Below the pieces are notes generated by a model, which saw nothing but the letters and a program-made list of their open reading frames with translations, was not told where the DNA came from and did no database searches. From Caecitellus pseudoparvulus (lineage: Eukaryota; Protista; Bigyra: Bicosoecida): a DNA stretch of 64,000 nt. Location of the stretch: positions 496,001 to 560,000 of the forward strand of contig CBFFRQ010000030.1 of assembly GCA_965644315.1 (NCBI GenBank), written 5' to 3'. Below, one piece after another: positions 20,907 to 32,055 of the stretch. Position 1 is the first letter of the stretch, and each line of letters opens with the position of its first letter. The position numbers and the translations under genes are program-made.

Positions 20907-23900
20907 TCACAACAAGTCTTCCAGGCGCACGAGGCGCCGCACTGCGTTCGTGAAGCCCTCTTGGTGTTGGTAGTAAATGCCGCTTTTCTGCAGGCGGCGC
21001 TTGCGCCCCGCTGCTGCCTTGGCCGCTTTCACCTCGTCGGCGGCAGGGCCCTCTGCAAGGGCGCCACCCGCCAGCCACGAAGAAATGCGCACCGCATTGG
21101 CGCTGGGGGATGTGAAGGGCGCTGCCGGCCGCTCAGTTTGCGATTTCGAGGGCGTCTTGCCAGCCTGTGAGCCCAGGACCGGCGCCTCAGGCGCGACTTG
21201 GCTCATGGACAGGGGGGCAGTCGTGGCATCGCCTGAGGCGCCAGCACCACCCATGGCAGCAGCTCGCCCCTTAGCGATGATGCGCTTGACGTGGTCGGGC
21301 ATGGCCACTTCTGCCGCTGCCTCGCGGGCTTGGGCTGTGGTGGGTTCATGCTCCGGCGCAGCCTCGTGTCCCGCTCGCAGCAGAGCCAGGCGCACTTCGT
21401 GAGCGAGCAGCTGCCGCATGGGATCGGGCAAGGGCGGCCTGTGCAGCGGGTGAAAGGGCCCATCCTCCCCAAATGCGCACAGAAAGTGCACCTCTGGCGT
21501 CAGCTGCCACCGCTGGCGCATGGCGGGGGAATCCCCGCCAGGCCCGCCGCTCTCCGCCGCTGCCCCTGCCACTCGGCTCTGCGCGTAGGTGCACCTGCAG
21601 GCCAAGAGGGCAGCCACCGCGTCACGGGCATCTGCCTTTTCCTTGGGTGTCAACAGGGACGCCGTGACGGGTCGCAGGGGTGGGTTCACGATGGTCAAGA
21701 ACGGAGACACAACGTCCAGCACCGTCGCCCGGCGGTCTGACGAGCCGGTTCCAGGCAAACCCTTGATGCCCACCGCCCGACCCTGACAAAATGTGGCCAG
21801 GATGTTGGATCGCTGTTCCTTGAGGCGCCGAGCTTCCGCGTCTGCGCGGGGAAAGGCCGTTCGCAGGCGGTTGTGTGACGAAACTGTGGCATGCAAGCCG
21901 ACGGCGACAGTGGGCAGGAATCGCCGGGCGCTGAAGTCAGACCTGCGGGCGGCATGGGAATTGATGGCGTCACCAAACAGCAGCCATGACGACGCGTCCA
22001 CTGTGCGATGCAGGCCTGGATCGTGGCACCGTGTGCGGGTGTAGTTTTCGTGCAACCCCGCCAGTAGCAGGCGGCTCTCGCTGGCCAGTGCGCGGAAGGA
22101 ATCGAAGAGTAGCCGAGAGTACGCCTCTTCCCACCGTTTCCCTGACACTGCAGGCGTTGGCTGAGCGCCTGGCAGGCGGGAGGCGCCGGCGGCCCCAGCG
22201 GAAGCCATGGCTCGCGCGACACGCGGCAGGCGGCGTGCGGCTGTGGGGGACAGGAACGCCATGGCCCACGCGTCGAAAAGGCCCGCCTTGGAATCCTTCT
22301 GGCCCAAAGAAGCCGATGCGACGACGTCTGGGGAAATGCGCGACGCGTCTGACGCCATGCGCTGCGACAGGAACTGCAGCGTGTGCAGGCATGAGCGAAC
22401 ATCACAGTCACTGTGGCTGGCGAGCGCGTACAGTGCATCGCGGTTGGCCATGAGGCCCTCTGCCCTGCAAATGGTTGCGAGGCGATCCACCAGCTTCTCC
22501 ACGGCAGGCTTCTTCAGCTGCACCACCTGTGCCAGAGCCCGCAGTTCTCGCAGCGCGGGGGCATACATGTCATTGCAAATGCAAATGACTGGGCGGGTCA
22601 ATTTGGGAGCCGAGCCCTTCTTCTTGCCACCCTTGCCTGCCGCATCCGGGCCAGGGGCGGCTTCCCCGCCTCTGCCACGCTTCTTGCCGCCCGTGGCGTT
22701 GCCCTCACTGGGCCCGCCAGTCTGTCCATCCGGGCGAGGAAGGATCGGCGGAGTGTTGCGCACCATGCGCACCAGCTCAGTCACCGCCTTGCTGTCCATG
22801 CCGTCGCACTCGTCCATGATGACGAGGCTGGGCTTGCCCCCTCCCGTCAGCGTGCGCATTTGCTGTGCCGCTGTCACACGCTCCCGCACCGACGCAGCGC
22901 TGCGCTCATCACTGGCGTTGATTTCACAAGGTGTGTACCCTGCAGCCTGCGCGATGACATGTGCCAGGGTGGTCTTGCCAGTGCCTGGGGCCCCAGCCAG
23001 CAAGATAATGCGGGAGTCTGCCCTCCAGCCGTACCCGAATCCCAGGTACGCGCCATCGCCAGGGCGGGATTCCCACGGCCGCTTGTTGCCGCCCGCCGCG
23101 CTGTCGGCCGCCTTCCCCTCCCCGGACTTCTTGCTTGCCGACACATCTTGGCGCCGCCCCGCACCCAGGGCCCGCTCCAAGCTGCGGGCAGGGCCTTTCG
23201 TGTCCGTGGCGGCTGAAGAAGGGGCGGGTGCGTGCTTCACGGGCCGCCCGAACACGCGCGCATCCCACAGCTTGACCCATCGAAGCACGTTGCGGTTCAC
23301 ATCATCAGGGGACAGCAAGTGCAAGAAGTTCTTGGGTGCATACGTGTCCACCCACATGGCTTGGCCAGAGGGGCTCTTCTTCTTGCGCCTTTGTGCTGGA
23401 GCGTCAGCAAGTGGCGGGCCGTCACCTGCCACCCGCGAAACAGCAGCTTCCAGCGTCGCTTCCTGGTCCAACTCCTTGCGCATGGATGCGACATGTGCAC
23501 CAGGGATGGAGCCGCTCAGAGCACTCCCGGAGCCGGCGCTGGATGTTGGGGCTCCGTCTGAAATTGCGTGTGGCAGCTCGAGAATGAACTTGCGCCCGCC
23601 TCGCGGCAGTGTCACTTCCAGGGCAGCCCTGCCATCTGTAGGCGGCAAGGAGTGCAAGTAGGCAGGCTGGACCTCCGAGGGTGGCCAGGCGGCTGCCCAG
23701 GGGGCTCGTGGGCGACGGGCAGGGGACATGCCGGCGAGCCCGCCCAACGCTCGCCCGACGACGGCCCCGGCGTCGTCCTCCTCGTCGGCCGCCATATCGG
23801 CCCGACTCAGGCCAGCACCCTGCGGGATAGGTAAATCTAACTCCCGTTCTCCGTCCAGCCCCTGCTCTTCCGTCATGGGGCCCAGGTCAACGTAAGCCTG

Positions 23901-24369
23901 CTGTGCCACCGGCGACTCTCTCCCGCCCATGGCGCGGCGCTTTGGGGACGCCTGCGAGTCATGCTGGCTGCCGAACGACGGAGAGGCAAAGATGCCAGGA
24001 GATGGGAGTGCCCCTGGAGGAGTTCCTCGACCAGGCTCTGGACTCAAGGCTGCAAAGGGCAGCAAGGCGGGGTGGGAATTGGCGCTCGTGCGCAGCGGTA
24101 TTTGAACGAACCTGCAGTGTCCAGAGCAGCCTGACTGGCGACGACTGCATCCAGAGTCATGTACGAGCGGGCTGAAGCAGGCAAGTTCGGGCAAGTATTA
24201 AGTGCAATGGCGGCAAGGTCGCTGCACTGGTCGAGGAACGTGTCTCACCTGTCGTTGCAGCGTTTTCCGCACCCCCAACGTCGTCGCCTGCTTCTTGCAG
24301 CTCGTCCAGCTCGTCCAGCTCATCAAGTGCATCCAACTCCGCGCCGATATCGTCATCCCAGTCGTCCAT
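20907..24369 (-). CDS. CTF18: Chromosome transmission fidelity protein 18 (RFC-like clamp loader subunit)
   Basis: WVDTYAPKNFLHLL, Walker A GAPGTGKTTLAH, EINASDERS, DECDG, RPVICICND and C-terminal EGFTNAVRR. Proposed start MDDWDDD at 24369; GT-AG introns 24248-24172 and 24111-24050 join in frame to the long ORF. Confidence 0.92.
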
Positions 24370-24692
24370 GTTGTTGGATCCAGCGTCTGTGCACTGTGTG
24401 CGTGTCAAGCAGGCAGCGCAAGGCCCACAGTGGCGTGTGCATTCAGTGCCTCGTTTGGTTTGAGAGAAGTCCCCACGGGAAGGGGGTGCAAAGGGGGGTG
24501 GCATGCTGGGGCGGAGCCTCGGCGTGGGGAAAGTACACTGCTCAAAAGCTTGCAGCACCCCGGGGTGGAGGGTGCTTCAGCCCCCCCTCCCCACCGGGAA
24601 GCCACCACCCTCGCTGACAAGACAGACTTGCCCTCTGCCGCCCCACTGCACAGGAGCGGAGGAAGGCCAGAGCATGTCCAGTGACAGCTTTG

Positions 24693-27600
24693 TCAAGCAG
24701 TGGGGGCCCACTTCCACGTCACCTGCAGACGTGAGCCCTTCTCCTCGTTGATGTCGTACCAGGCCGTGCCAGTGAAGGCGTCGTGCGTCGCATCTGCACC
24801 AGTGCCGCCATACAGCGCAAAGACATCAGTCAGGCGGACTTGCGTGACGCCCAGCTCGTCGTCGCCTGCTGCGTCGTCGTCGAACACCTGCAGCTTGAGC
24901 ACCTCGCCGCCACCCGCTGTGGCCGCCGCGGCGTCTGACGCGCTGATGGTCAGCTGGAGCTCTTCGTCCCACACCGGGTTCAAATTGTTGTTCACGGTCT
25001 TGGTCTTCAGTGTGGCGCCCTTGAAGGTCACGCTGGCATACGGGTCGCTCTTGTCGAACGTGTCGGCGTTGCGCAGGCTCTTGGCGCTCTGCATGACCAC
25101 GGACAGGGTGCCGCCCTTGGCCACGTGCGCCGCGGGCTTTGCCGGGGCAGCCGGCTTGACGGCGGCTGGAGCGGGAGCAGGCGCAGGGGCAGGCTTTGGG
25201 GCCGGGGCGGCGCTGCCGCCACTGCCTGCAGCTGCCGCGGCGGGGGCGGGGTCAGGCATGCTCTTGAGTGCGGCCTGCTTGGCCGCCTCCGTGTCAGCGC
25301 TCGTGGCGGTGCCATGCTTGATCCAGGTCAGCACGAGGGCGATGCTGCCAGGCTGCTTGGCCCCTGTGAAGGAGTAGTGCCCCGAGATGGTGTGGTCCTC
25401 CAGGCCGTTGGCAGGCCCGAAGACGTCGCAGAGCGGGATGGACAGTTCGCCCAGCGTGTCGTCGCCACCCGTGTCCTCATCCATCACCTTAATGTTCACG
25501 GCCCGGGTGACGTCCCCCACCGCAGCCACAGCAGCGGTCTCCCGGGACACGGTGAAGGCGAACACTTCGCCCCACACAGGGTTGCTGGTGTTCTCAATGG
25601 TCTTGGTCTTACCCTCCATGCCGTCGATCTCCAGCGTGACGTAGCCGTCAGAACCCCCCCCAAACGTGTCTGCATCCTTCAAGTTGCTGGCAGAGCCCAC
25701 CGCCACGACCAGCGCGCCGTGCACTTCGTCGTCCTTGCTTTCCTGGTGATCCGCCGTGGCGTCAGCGGGGCTGGGGGCGGCAGGCGCCGCAGCATCCGCG
25801 GGCTCCGCTGACGCTTCCGGCACCAGTGGCCGTGCCTCTGCAGGGGTCTTGTAAGGGAACCACCACACGTGCAGCTCCAGGCGCCCCGGGAAGTCCTTGC
25901 CCAGCTCGAAGACGTCCTCCAGCAGTGCGTCAGCATGCCCGACATCCACGTCGCCGCCGGCGTGGGCTGCGCGGAACACGTCCACGATGGGCAGCGACAC
26001 CGCGCCCAAGTCGCCGTCTGTGCCGGTGTCGTTGTCTTTCAGCGTCACGCTCACAACGGCAGTGGGGGCGGCCACAGACGCCGACGCAGCCAGCTCCTTG
26101 GACACATCGAAGAAGTACGTCGCGTTCCACAGCGGGTCGGTTGTGTCGTACTTGGTGTGGGTGGTGTGGCTGTCCTTGCCCACAGTCACGATGGCGTAGG
26201 GGTCGCTCTTCCCCGCCCAGTCCGCGTCCTTCAACCCTGTCGCGCGCACCACTCGCACTGCCAGCGTGCCGGACAGCGGCACCGGCGTGGGCGCCGGCTT
26301 GGGCGCTGGGGCCGGGGCACTGGCTGTGCCGGCCGTGGGGCCGCCGGCCTGGGCTGCGCCTGACGCAGGGGTGGCAGTGCTGCCTGCGCCGTCCGCACGG
26401 GATGAGCCGTGCTCCGAGGAGCCCGCTGTCTTGGGCGACAGCAGCTCTGTCATGCGGCCATATGGCTTCCACTGCAGGGACATCTCCAGCTGGCCCTGGC
26501 CGTCCTGCAGCTGCCACGTGTCGGCCAGGCTCGTGCTGGACTTCCCGCGGTCGCCAGACCGCTCCAGCAGGTCGCACAGCGGCACGGAGACTGAGCCCAG
26601 CTTGTCGTCACCGTCGGCGTCGGAGTCAAGTAGTTCGACGAGGATGACCGCGTCGCGGCCGCCGACGGCCGCCACGGCCGCGACGTCCTGCGTCACCACG
26701 AACTCGAAGCTCTCGTGGAAGTCGGGGGCCACGTTGTCAGCGACTGTGGCCGTGGTGTGGCTGACTCCGTCAAAGGTCACCCTGGCGTAGGCGTCCGTGC
26801 TGCCCACCCAGTCGGTGTCCTTCAGGCCAGAGGCAGACTCCACGTGCACCACGACAATGCCATGCAGCGGCTGGTCCTCTTGGTTGCCGATGTCACCCAG
26901 AGGCTGCACAGCCGGACGCGCTGGCTTGGGTGCCGGCGCAGGTGCCGGCGCAGGGGCCGGCACAGGCGCTGCAGGGGCGGGCACGGGCTCAGATGGAGGC
27001 GGCACGGGGCTGCGTGCCTCCTCCTTGTGCTCTGGCACGCCGTACCCGCCGCCCAGGTCGCCATAGCCGTCGTCTTCGCCCTCCCCAGTGGAGGCCGGGA
27101 AGGGGCCGCCGCCGGCTGGGCCGCCGACGCCCTGCTCTGTGCCAGTGACGCCCCCGGCGCCGATGCCGGGCAGGCGCGTGCTGTCCCCTCCACCGTCTGA
27201 CTCGCCGTCAGCCTCGCCCCGCAGCATCTTGCGAGAGATGCCGAGGGGGCCGTAGAAGTGCTTGGCGCCGAATGTGGGCTCACGGGGGTGCCCGCCTGAG
27301 CCCAGGCCAGAGCCAGGCTCGCCCAGTGCACGGGTGGACAGACGAGCCAGGTGGTACCGGCTCATGCGGTGTTCGGCCTCCAGCTTGTCCACAGACATGA
27401 TGCTCTTGGTGTCCACGATGCGCCGCAACATGCGGATGTTGTCGTGCTGCACTCGCTCTGCTTCCCGTTTGCGCACGCGGTAGTTCAGGGACGGCTTGGG
27501 CACTGCAGCCCCCCGCGACAGGTTGGATGCACCCATTGGGGACAGGTAGCAGTCCAGCACTGGCTGCTGGCGCCGGTTCAAGCGCACGCCGTGGCCCATC

Positions 27601-28082
27601 TGCATCGCATTGGGGTCGAAGCGACGGCTGCCGATTTCCGCCATGCGCTGCAGGAGGATCTTGTTCTCCCGTTCGATCTTCAAAATGCGCTCTGAGTAGG
27701 AGGCGCGTTTGGTGGTGGAGTGTGTGCTGGAGGCGGGTGGCACGGCAGAGGCAGCGCAAAACGCTGGCGGTGGGCATGAAGAAATGTCGTGGCAGCCGGC
27801 AAGCAACTCACCTCGTTCCTGCATGCGCTTCTTGGCGCGCGTCACCAGGTGACTGTGCACCCGCGGGGGCTTGTTGTCTACGCCCACATTCTTCGGGGCC
27901 TGCGCAGCAGTCGCAGGGCGCGGCCAGTGCAGGGTGCTGCCAGCTCGACGCCGAGCGTGGGCGGCGTCGCAGCGCGACCAGGCAACGTCACGTACATCTC
28001 GCTTTCGCCGGTGAATGGCCTTCTTCCGGGCGATTTCAGCCTCCTCGATGATTCGGTTGCCATAGGTGGATCGACGGTTCAT
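24693..28082 (-). CDS. CFAP97/KIAA1430(Hemingway)-domain protein fused to four C2 domains
   Basis: N-terminus VDNKPP..HL..KK....ERILKIERENKILLQRMAEI..SLNYRVRKREAERVQHDNIRMLRRI fits the CFAP97-type pattern. Four C2 repeats follow with Asp ligand loops (LKDTDWVGSTDAY, LKDADWAGKSDPY, LKDADTFGGGSDGY, LRNADTFDKSDPY, each followed by D-x-D..DD.LG). Short introns are likely near the 5' end (e.g. ~27810-27692). Confidence 0.8.
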   Translation of the reverse strand: MNRRSTYGNRIIEEAEIARKKAIHRRKRDVRDVAWSRCDAAHARRRAGSTLHWPRPATAAQAPKNVGVDNKPPRVHSHLVTRAKKRMQERGELLAGCHDISSCPPPAFCAASAVPPASSTHSTTKRASYSERILKIERENKILLQRMAEIGSRRFDPNAMQMGHGVRLNRRQQPVLDCYLSPMGASNLSRGAAVPKPSLNYRVRKREAERVQHDNIRMLRRIVDTKSIMSVDKLEAEHRMSRYHLARLSTRALGEPGSGLGSGGHPREPTFGAKHFYGPLGISRKMLRGEADGESDGGGDSTRLPGIGAGGVTGTEQGVGGPAGGGPFPASTGEGEDDGYGDLGGGYGVPEHKEEARSPVPPPSEPVPAPAAPVPAPAPAPAPAPKPARPAVQPLGDIGNQEDQPLHGIVVVHVESASGLKDTDWVGSTDAYARVTFDGVSHTTATVADNVAPDFHESFEFVVTQDVAAVAAVGGRDAVILVELLDSDADGDDKLGSVSVPLCDLLERSGDRGKSSTSLADTWQLQDGQGQLEMSLQWKPYGRMTELLSPKTAGSSEHGSSRADGAGSTATPASGAAQAGGPTAGTASAPAPAPKPAPTPVPLSGTLAVRVVRATGLKDADWAGKSDPYAIVTVGKDSHTTHTKYDTTDPLWNATYFFDVSKELAASASVAAPTAVVSVTLKDNDTGTDGDLGAVSLPIVDVFRAAHAGGDVDVGHADALLEDVFELGKDFPGRLELHVWWFPYKTPAEARPLVPEASAEPADAAAPAAPSPADATADHQESKDDEVHGALVVAVGSASNLKDADTFGGGSDGYVTLEIDGMEGKTKTIENTSNPVWGEVFAFTVSRETAAVAAVGDVTRAVNIKVMDEDTGGDDTLGELSIPLCDVFGPANGLEDHTISGHYSFTGAKQPGSIALVLTWIKHGTATSADTEAAKQAALKSMPDPAPAAAAAGSGGSAAPAPKPAPAPAPAPAAVKPAAPAKPAAHVAKGGTLSVVMQSAKSLRNADTFDKSDPYASVTFKGATLKTKTVNNNLNPVWDEELQLTISASDAAAATAGGGEVLKLQVFDDDAAGDDELGVTQVRLTDVFALYGGTGADATHDAFTGTAWYDINEEKGSRLQVTWKWAPTA

Positions 28083-28592
28083 GGTGTGGCTTGCCTGCCG
28101 CGCTGGGGCGCTGGCTTTCTCCGCTGCACTGCCTCAGCCTCCCGCGCTGCTCTGGCTCCTGGGCAGCTGGACAAGGCAGCCTTGGTGCGGTGTGCAATGC
28201 AGGGCTGGCATGCACGCATGTAACCTGCATGGTGAGGACATTGGGGGTTGAGATTTGATCGCCGCTGCGTGCGTGGTGGGAAGTGGGGGGGGGCTGCGAG
28301 CGAGTCAGACTCGCACGCCACGCAATTCCCGCAACCCTTGCAACAGGCGAGAGCTGCTCATTGTGATCCTTTCCGCACGTATGCTAGCTGTTGGCGATAA
28401 CGCCTTAGTGCTGACTTGCTGCGAGGAGCGCCTCTTGACGCGGCCCATGAGCTCGCCAAAGCTCGACCTGTGCCAGCGTCCCTCACGTGGGACGGCGTTT
28501 CAGTGCTGGGAGGGGCGAGGGTACGACGGCCCGCAGCGTCATGGACAGGCCCCAAGCGCGGTGGACAGTGGCAGCCACTGCTGAATCAGACG

Positions 28593-29657
28593 ATGGAGTC
28601 GGCGACGAGGAGTTTGGCGTGGCTGGGTTGCACCAAGGCATTGTTATCACGTGCGTGGAGCCTGCGACAAGGCTCAAAATCCGCACAGCGTGCAAGGGAC
28701 TGGGGCCGCCCTTGCTCTGCACAGCACGGACATGGATCAAATTAACGAGCTGACGAGGCGAGTGTACATCTTGTCCATCGTCCAGCAGGTTCTGAGCTTG
28801 ATCACCATCGTGACTGCTGCGGTGCTGGCAGTGTCGAACGTGAATGCCTTGTTTTCAGGTGCGGCGTCCAGCGTGCGCGGCTCTTGCACCCGCACCGCTG
28901 CACCCCCTTGCGCTTTCCTCTCCCAGTTGGGCTATTGACGTGGCTGCTGTGCTGTTCGGCGCCGCTCATGGCCGGCATGACCTGCGCTGGCATGCAGGGG
29001 TGGGTGAGCATCCTGGCCAAAGATCGTCTCGCCTTCGGCCGCTTCGTTGCGTGGAATCAAACCTGCTCCACCTGCTGGGCAGTGGAGGTGGTGCTTGCCG
29101 TGGGCATGCAGGTAGCAGCCCTCATCACGGGTGGCGACAACACCACAGCGACACAGGTCACCATCGTCGTCGCGCTCAACGCAGCAGTGGCGGCGTTGCA
29201 GGTGTACACCGTGTTGCGGGGACGGCAGCTCATGCGCATGCCGATGGAGAGCGTGTGGCACATTGAAGCGCACTTTGCCGTGCCGGTCGCGCAGCCGGTG
29301 GTGGACCTGGTGCAGGTGCCTGGCCAGCCAGAGGCCCCGCCCCCCACCCCCACCTCAGGTGCTTCTGCAGACTCCCTGCCCTTGGACGCGGTGGACGTGG
29401 AGGGTGGTGCCGCTCAGGCGCACCCTGCACACAGGCTTGCTTCCATCGCGCCCACGTCCTCCAGCGAGAGCGACTGGGATGCCGACATCCCCGCCATGCG
29501 GCAGGGGCCGCCGGGGGGGGAGCCAGGTGTAGCTGCGAACAGCAGTCCCCGGCAGGTGCAGCTGGAGCTGCCCCGCAGCAGCGCCACGTACTGGGACCCA
29601 GTGGAGTCAGTGCACGACCGGCGCTCCTCGTCTGACTCTGTCGAGGACTGGGGCTAG
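28593..29657 (+). CDS. Hypothetical membrane protein with ~4 TM helices and a disordered acidic C-tail
   Basis: Exons joined across GT-AG introns ~28651-28723 and ~28859-28927 give four hydrophobic segments (VYILSIVQQVLSLITIVTAAVLAV; GLLTWLLCCSAPLMAGM; WAVEVVLAVGMQVAALI; VTIVVALNAAVAALQVY). Start codon uncertain. Confidence 0.55.
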
Positions 29658-29748
29658 GTGGCAGGTTTTTGAGCGGAGACAGCGGAAGCATTGGAAGGGC
29701 TGTGGCGTGAAGTGTGATCTGCGCACAAGTGGGTCGATTGGTTGGAGT

Positions 29749-31884
29749 TCAAGCGCTCACCCTGACTCGTGGCCACAGGAGGAAGATGCTAAGGTCTGAA
29801 CCAGCCCTCGCGACGTCCTCGGCCCAGGTGGGCGGGTGCCACGGGGATTCAGCCGACGCCACACCCAAGACTGAGGGGCAGTCCAGGACATTGTCATGCG
29901 GCAGGGGCGGCATGGTGCCTTGCGCCACCCACACCCTGGCACAGTGCAGGTGCGCCAGCGTCGCGGCCCACCAATCCGCCGCAGACGCATGACGTGGCCT
30001 GTAGCCGAGCACGGCGAACGGCAGCGCCACGCCAGGCGGTGAAGTGGAAGCAAATGCACGCAAACTCAGAATAGCTGCCTCAGCCTCCGGGCTCATGCTC
30101 CCTCCTTGCAAGGACTGGGCGACCAGGTGCAGGAGGGGGGGGAGGCAGGGGGGGGGGTCCTCCCCCCAAGACTCGGTCGACTGCACCTCTGCAATCGGTG
30201 GGCGGGGTGCTTCCACTCCGAGGACGTCGAGCAAGGAAGCTGTCAGCCCCTCGTACACATCCTCATCGTACACGACGTCTGCCATCAAGCACAGCGTGCC
30301 GGCGCGGAGGCCGGACCATGGCCCGTCCGCCTTCACTCTGGGCGGCGCACCTGGCAAAGCGTCGACTGGGTCTTTTCCCCACCACAGCGGCGCTGACGAG
30401 GCGCAGGATTGGAGATGACAGTGACGAATGTTGTCTGCAAGCCTGGGGATCGCGTCTGGTATGTCTGTGAGCACGACTGAGGCGGGCACCTCCGCGCGCT
30501 CCAGCACACCCGCGAGCACGATTCCAGACACGCCCGTGCCAGCCCCCAACTCAACGACACACAGGCCGCCTATGGTATCACACGCGGGGGCATGCAGAGC
30601 ATGGCAAGCACCTGCGTGGCCCACGTGGACTGCGACCGCAATGCCTGCATCCCACACACGCCCAGCAATGCTGACAGCCCCCGGCGATTCGAGCAGGGCG
30701 AGAGACATGCCCTCTCCAGCAGCCCCCCACGTGCAGTCTAGAGGTCGTAGCATGTTGGGCCTCAATATCGGCGCTGCACGGGGGCTGCCCCCCGACACAG
30801 GTAGCAGGAGGGGTGGGGAGAGGCACGGTGCAAGGCACTCGCTGCCGGTTCCTTCTGCGGCCAGGCGAATGGCCAGCGGACCAATCCACCGCGCCGCCTC
30901 GGGCAGTGCAACATCTGTCATGGCAGTGCATGTGCAACGGAGCACGGCGCGGGCATGGGCGTCCAGCTGAAGTGGTTGGGAGGCACGCTCGGACCCTGGC
31001 GTGGCTGACGTGTTGCCTTTCACCAAGGCGTACGTACAGTCCACGGCCAAGTTCAACTGCAATGTGGACAGCAGGTCGGTATCCACTGTCCCAATGTCAG
31101 CTCCCTCTGGGCATTCCCACGCCTTCACTGGCTCTGCGCCATACGGCACTAGGCGCCCTGTGATGGCCACAGGGGCAAGGGTTTCTCTATCGTCTGGCAT
31201 GCCGCTGTGCAGTGCAGCCTGGCGGCGCTGCCGCAGTAGCTCCTGTGAAAACAGCCCGAACTCGTTCACGACAGTCACACAAAGACTGGATGTTTCGAGC
31301 TTCCCGGGCGCGATGCTGAGAGTGGGCACCATGTGCGCTTGCAGCCGCAGGGAGTGGGCAGAAGTCAGCAACTCGCTGCAGTGCTCGCCCCCTGGGCTGG
31401 CTGGAGGGCAGCCATGTAGCACAGAGCGAGCGACGGAGCACAGGGCCGGACCAGCGACTTGAGACATGTGCAGCACTTGCTCGGCGTCTGCTTGAGCGGC
31501 AGCGCGGCAGTCTGCGCTGGCGTCCGCGAGGCCTTGGAACGCCAGCGCCCGCCGTAGGAAGCACTTGGCTTGCAGGACAGGCGCTGGGCCGTGCACACCC
31601 AAGGAAGCACTCAACACGGCACGTTGAAACTCTTGCTGTTGCAGGTAGCAAGCTGCGAGGTTTGCTGCCGCTTTCTGTCGAGTGTCTGGCGGGGCCCCTT
31701 CCACCTTGAGCAGCACAGAGCTCCAGCCCGCCGCGGCCGAGTCAAAGTCGCCGCCTCGGAAAGCAGAGGCAGCGCTGAGCATGGCATCGTCCAATGGCAG
31801 GCCTTGCCTTGCTCCTGCTACCACTGTGCGTGGCCCGGAGCCCCGCCCCTCTGCACTAGCTGCTGGGCTGCCGGCTGTCGCCAT
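29749..31884 (-). CDS. METTL21/Methyltransf_16-family protein lysine methyltransferase with N-terminal TPR-like helices
   Basis: IAGRVWDAG, motif I VVELGAGTGVSGI, VVLTDIP and ADVVYD (DxxY). N-terminal TPR-like AANLAACYLQQQEFQRAV..KCFLRRALAF. Confidence 0.8.
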   Translation of the reverse strand: MATAGSPAASAEGRGSGPRTVVAGARQGLPLDDAMLSAASAFRGGDFDSAAAGWSSVLLKVEGAPPDTRQKAAANLAACYLQQQEFQRAVLSASLGVHGPAPVLQAKCFLRRALAFQGLADASADCRAAAQADAEQVLHMSQVAGPALCSVARSVLHGCPPASPGGEHCSELLTSAHSLRLQAHMVPTLSIAPGKLETSSLCVTVVNEFGLFSQELLRQRRQAALHSGMPDDRETLAPVAITGRLVPYGAEPVKAWECPEGADIGTVDTDLLSTLQLNLAVDCTYALVKGNTSATPGSERASQPLQLDAHARAVLRCTCTAMTDVALPEAARWIGPLAIRLAAEGTGSECLAPCLSPPLLLPVSGGSPRAAPILRPNMLRPLDCTWGAAGEGMSLALLESPGAVSIAGRVWDAGIAVAVHVGHAGACHALHAPACDTIGGLCVVELGAGTGVSGIVLAGVLERAEVPASVVLTDIPDAIPRLADNIRHCHLQSCASSAPLWWGKDPVDALPGAPPRVKADGPWSGLRAGTLCLMADVVYDEDVYEGLTASLLDVLGVEAPRPPIAEVQSTESWGEDPPPCLPPLLHLVAQSLQGGSMSPEAEAAILSLRAFASTSPPGVALPFAVLGYRPRHASAADWWAATLAHLHCARVWVAQGTMPPLPHDNVLDCPSVLGVASAESPWHPPTWAEDVARAGSDLSIFLLWPRVRVSA

Positions 31885-32055
31885 GCCCTTGTGGCGTGGA
31901 GGATGCTGCACTTGAGGAGGCAGTTCAAACACCACACGATGGAAAGATTCTGACAGCGTTTATGATCAAGGTGCATTGTTTTTACGCGCGTGATCGTTCT
32001 GTGCACACGGAGGTACGGCGGTCAATTCATCCAGCGTCAATATCCGCACCACGCC

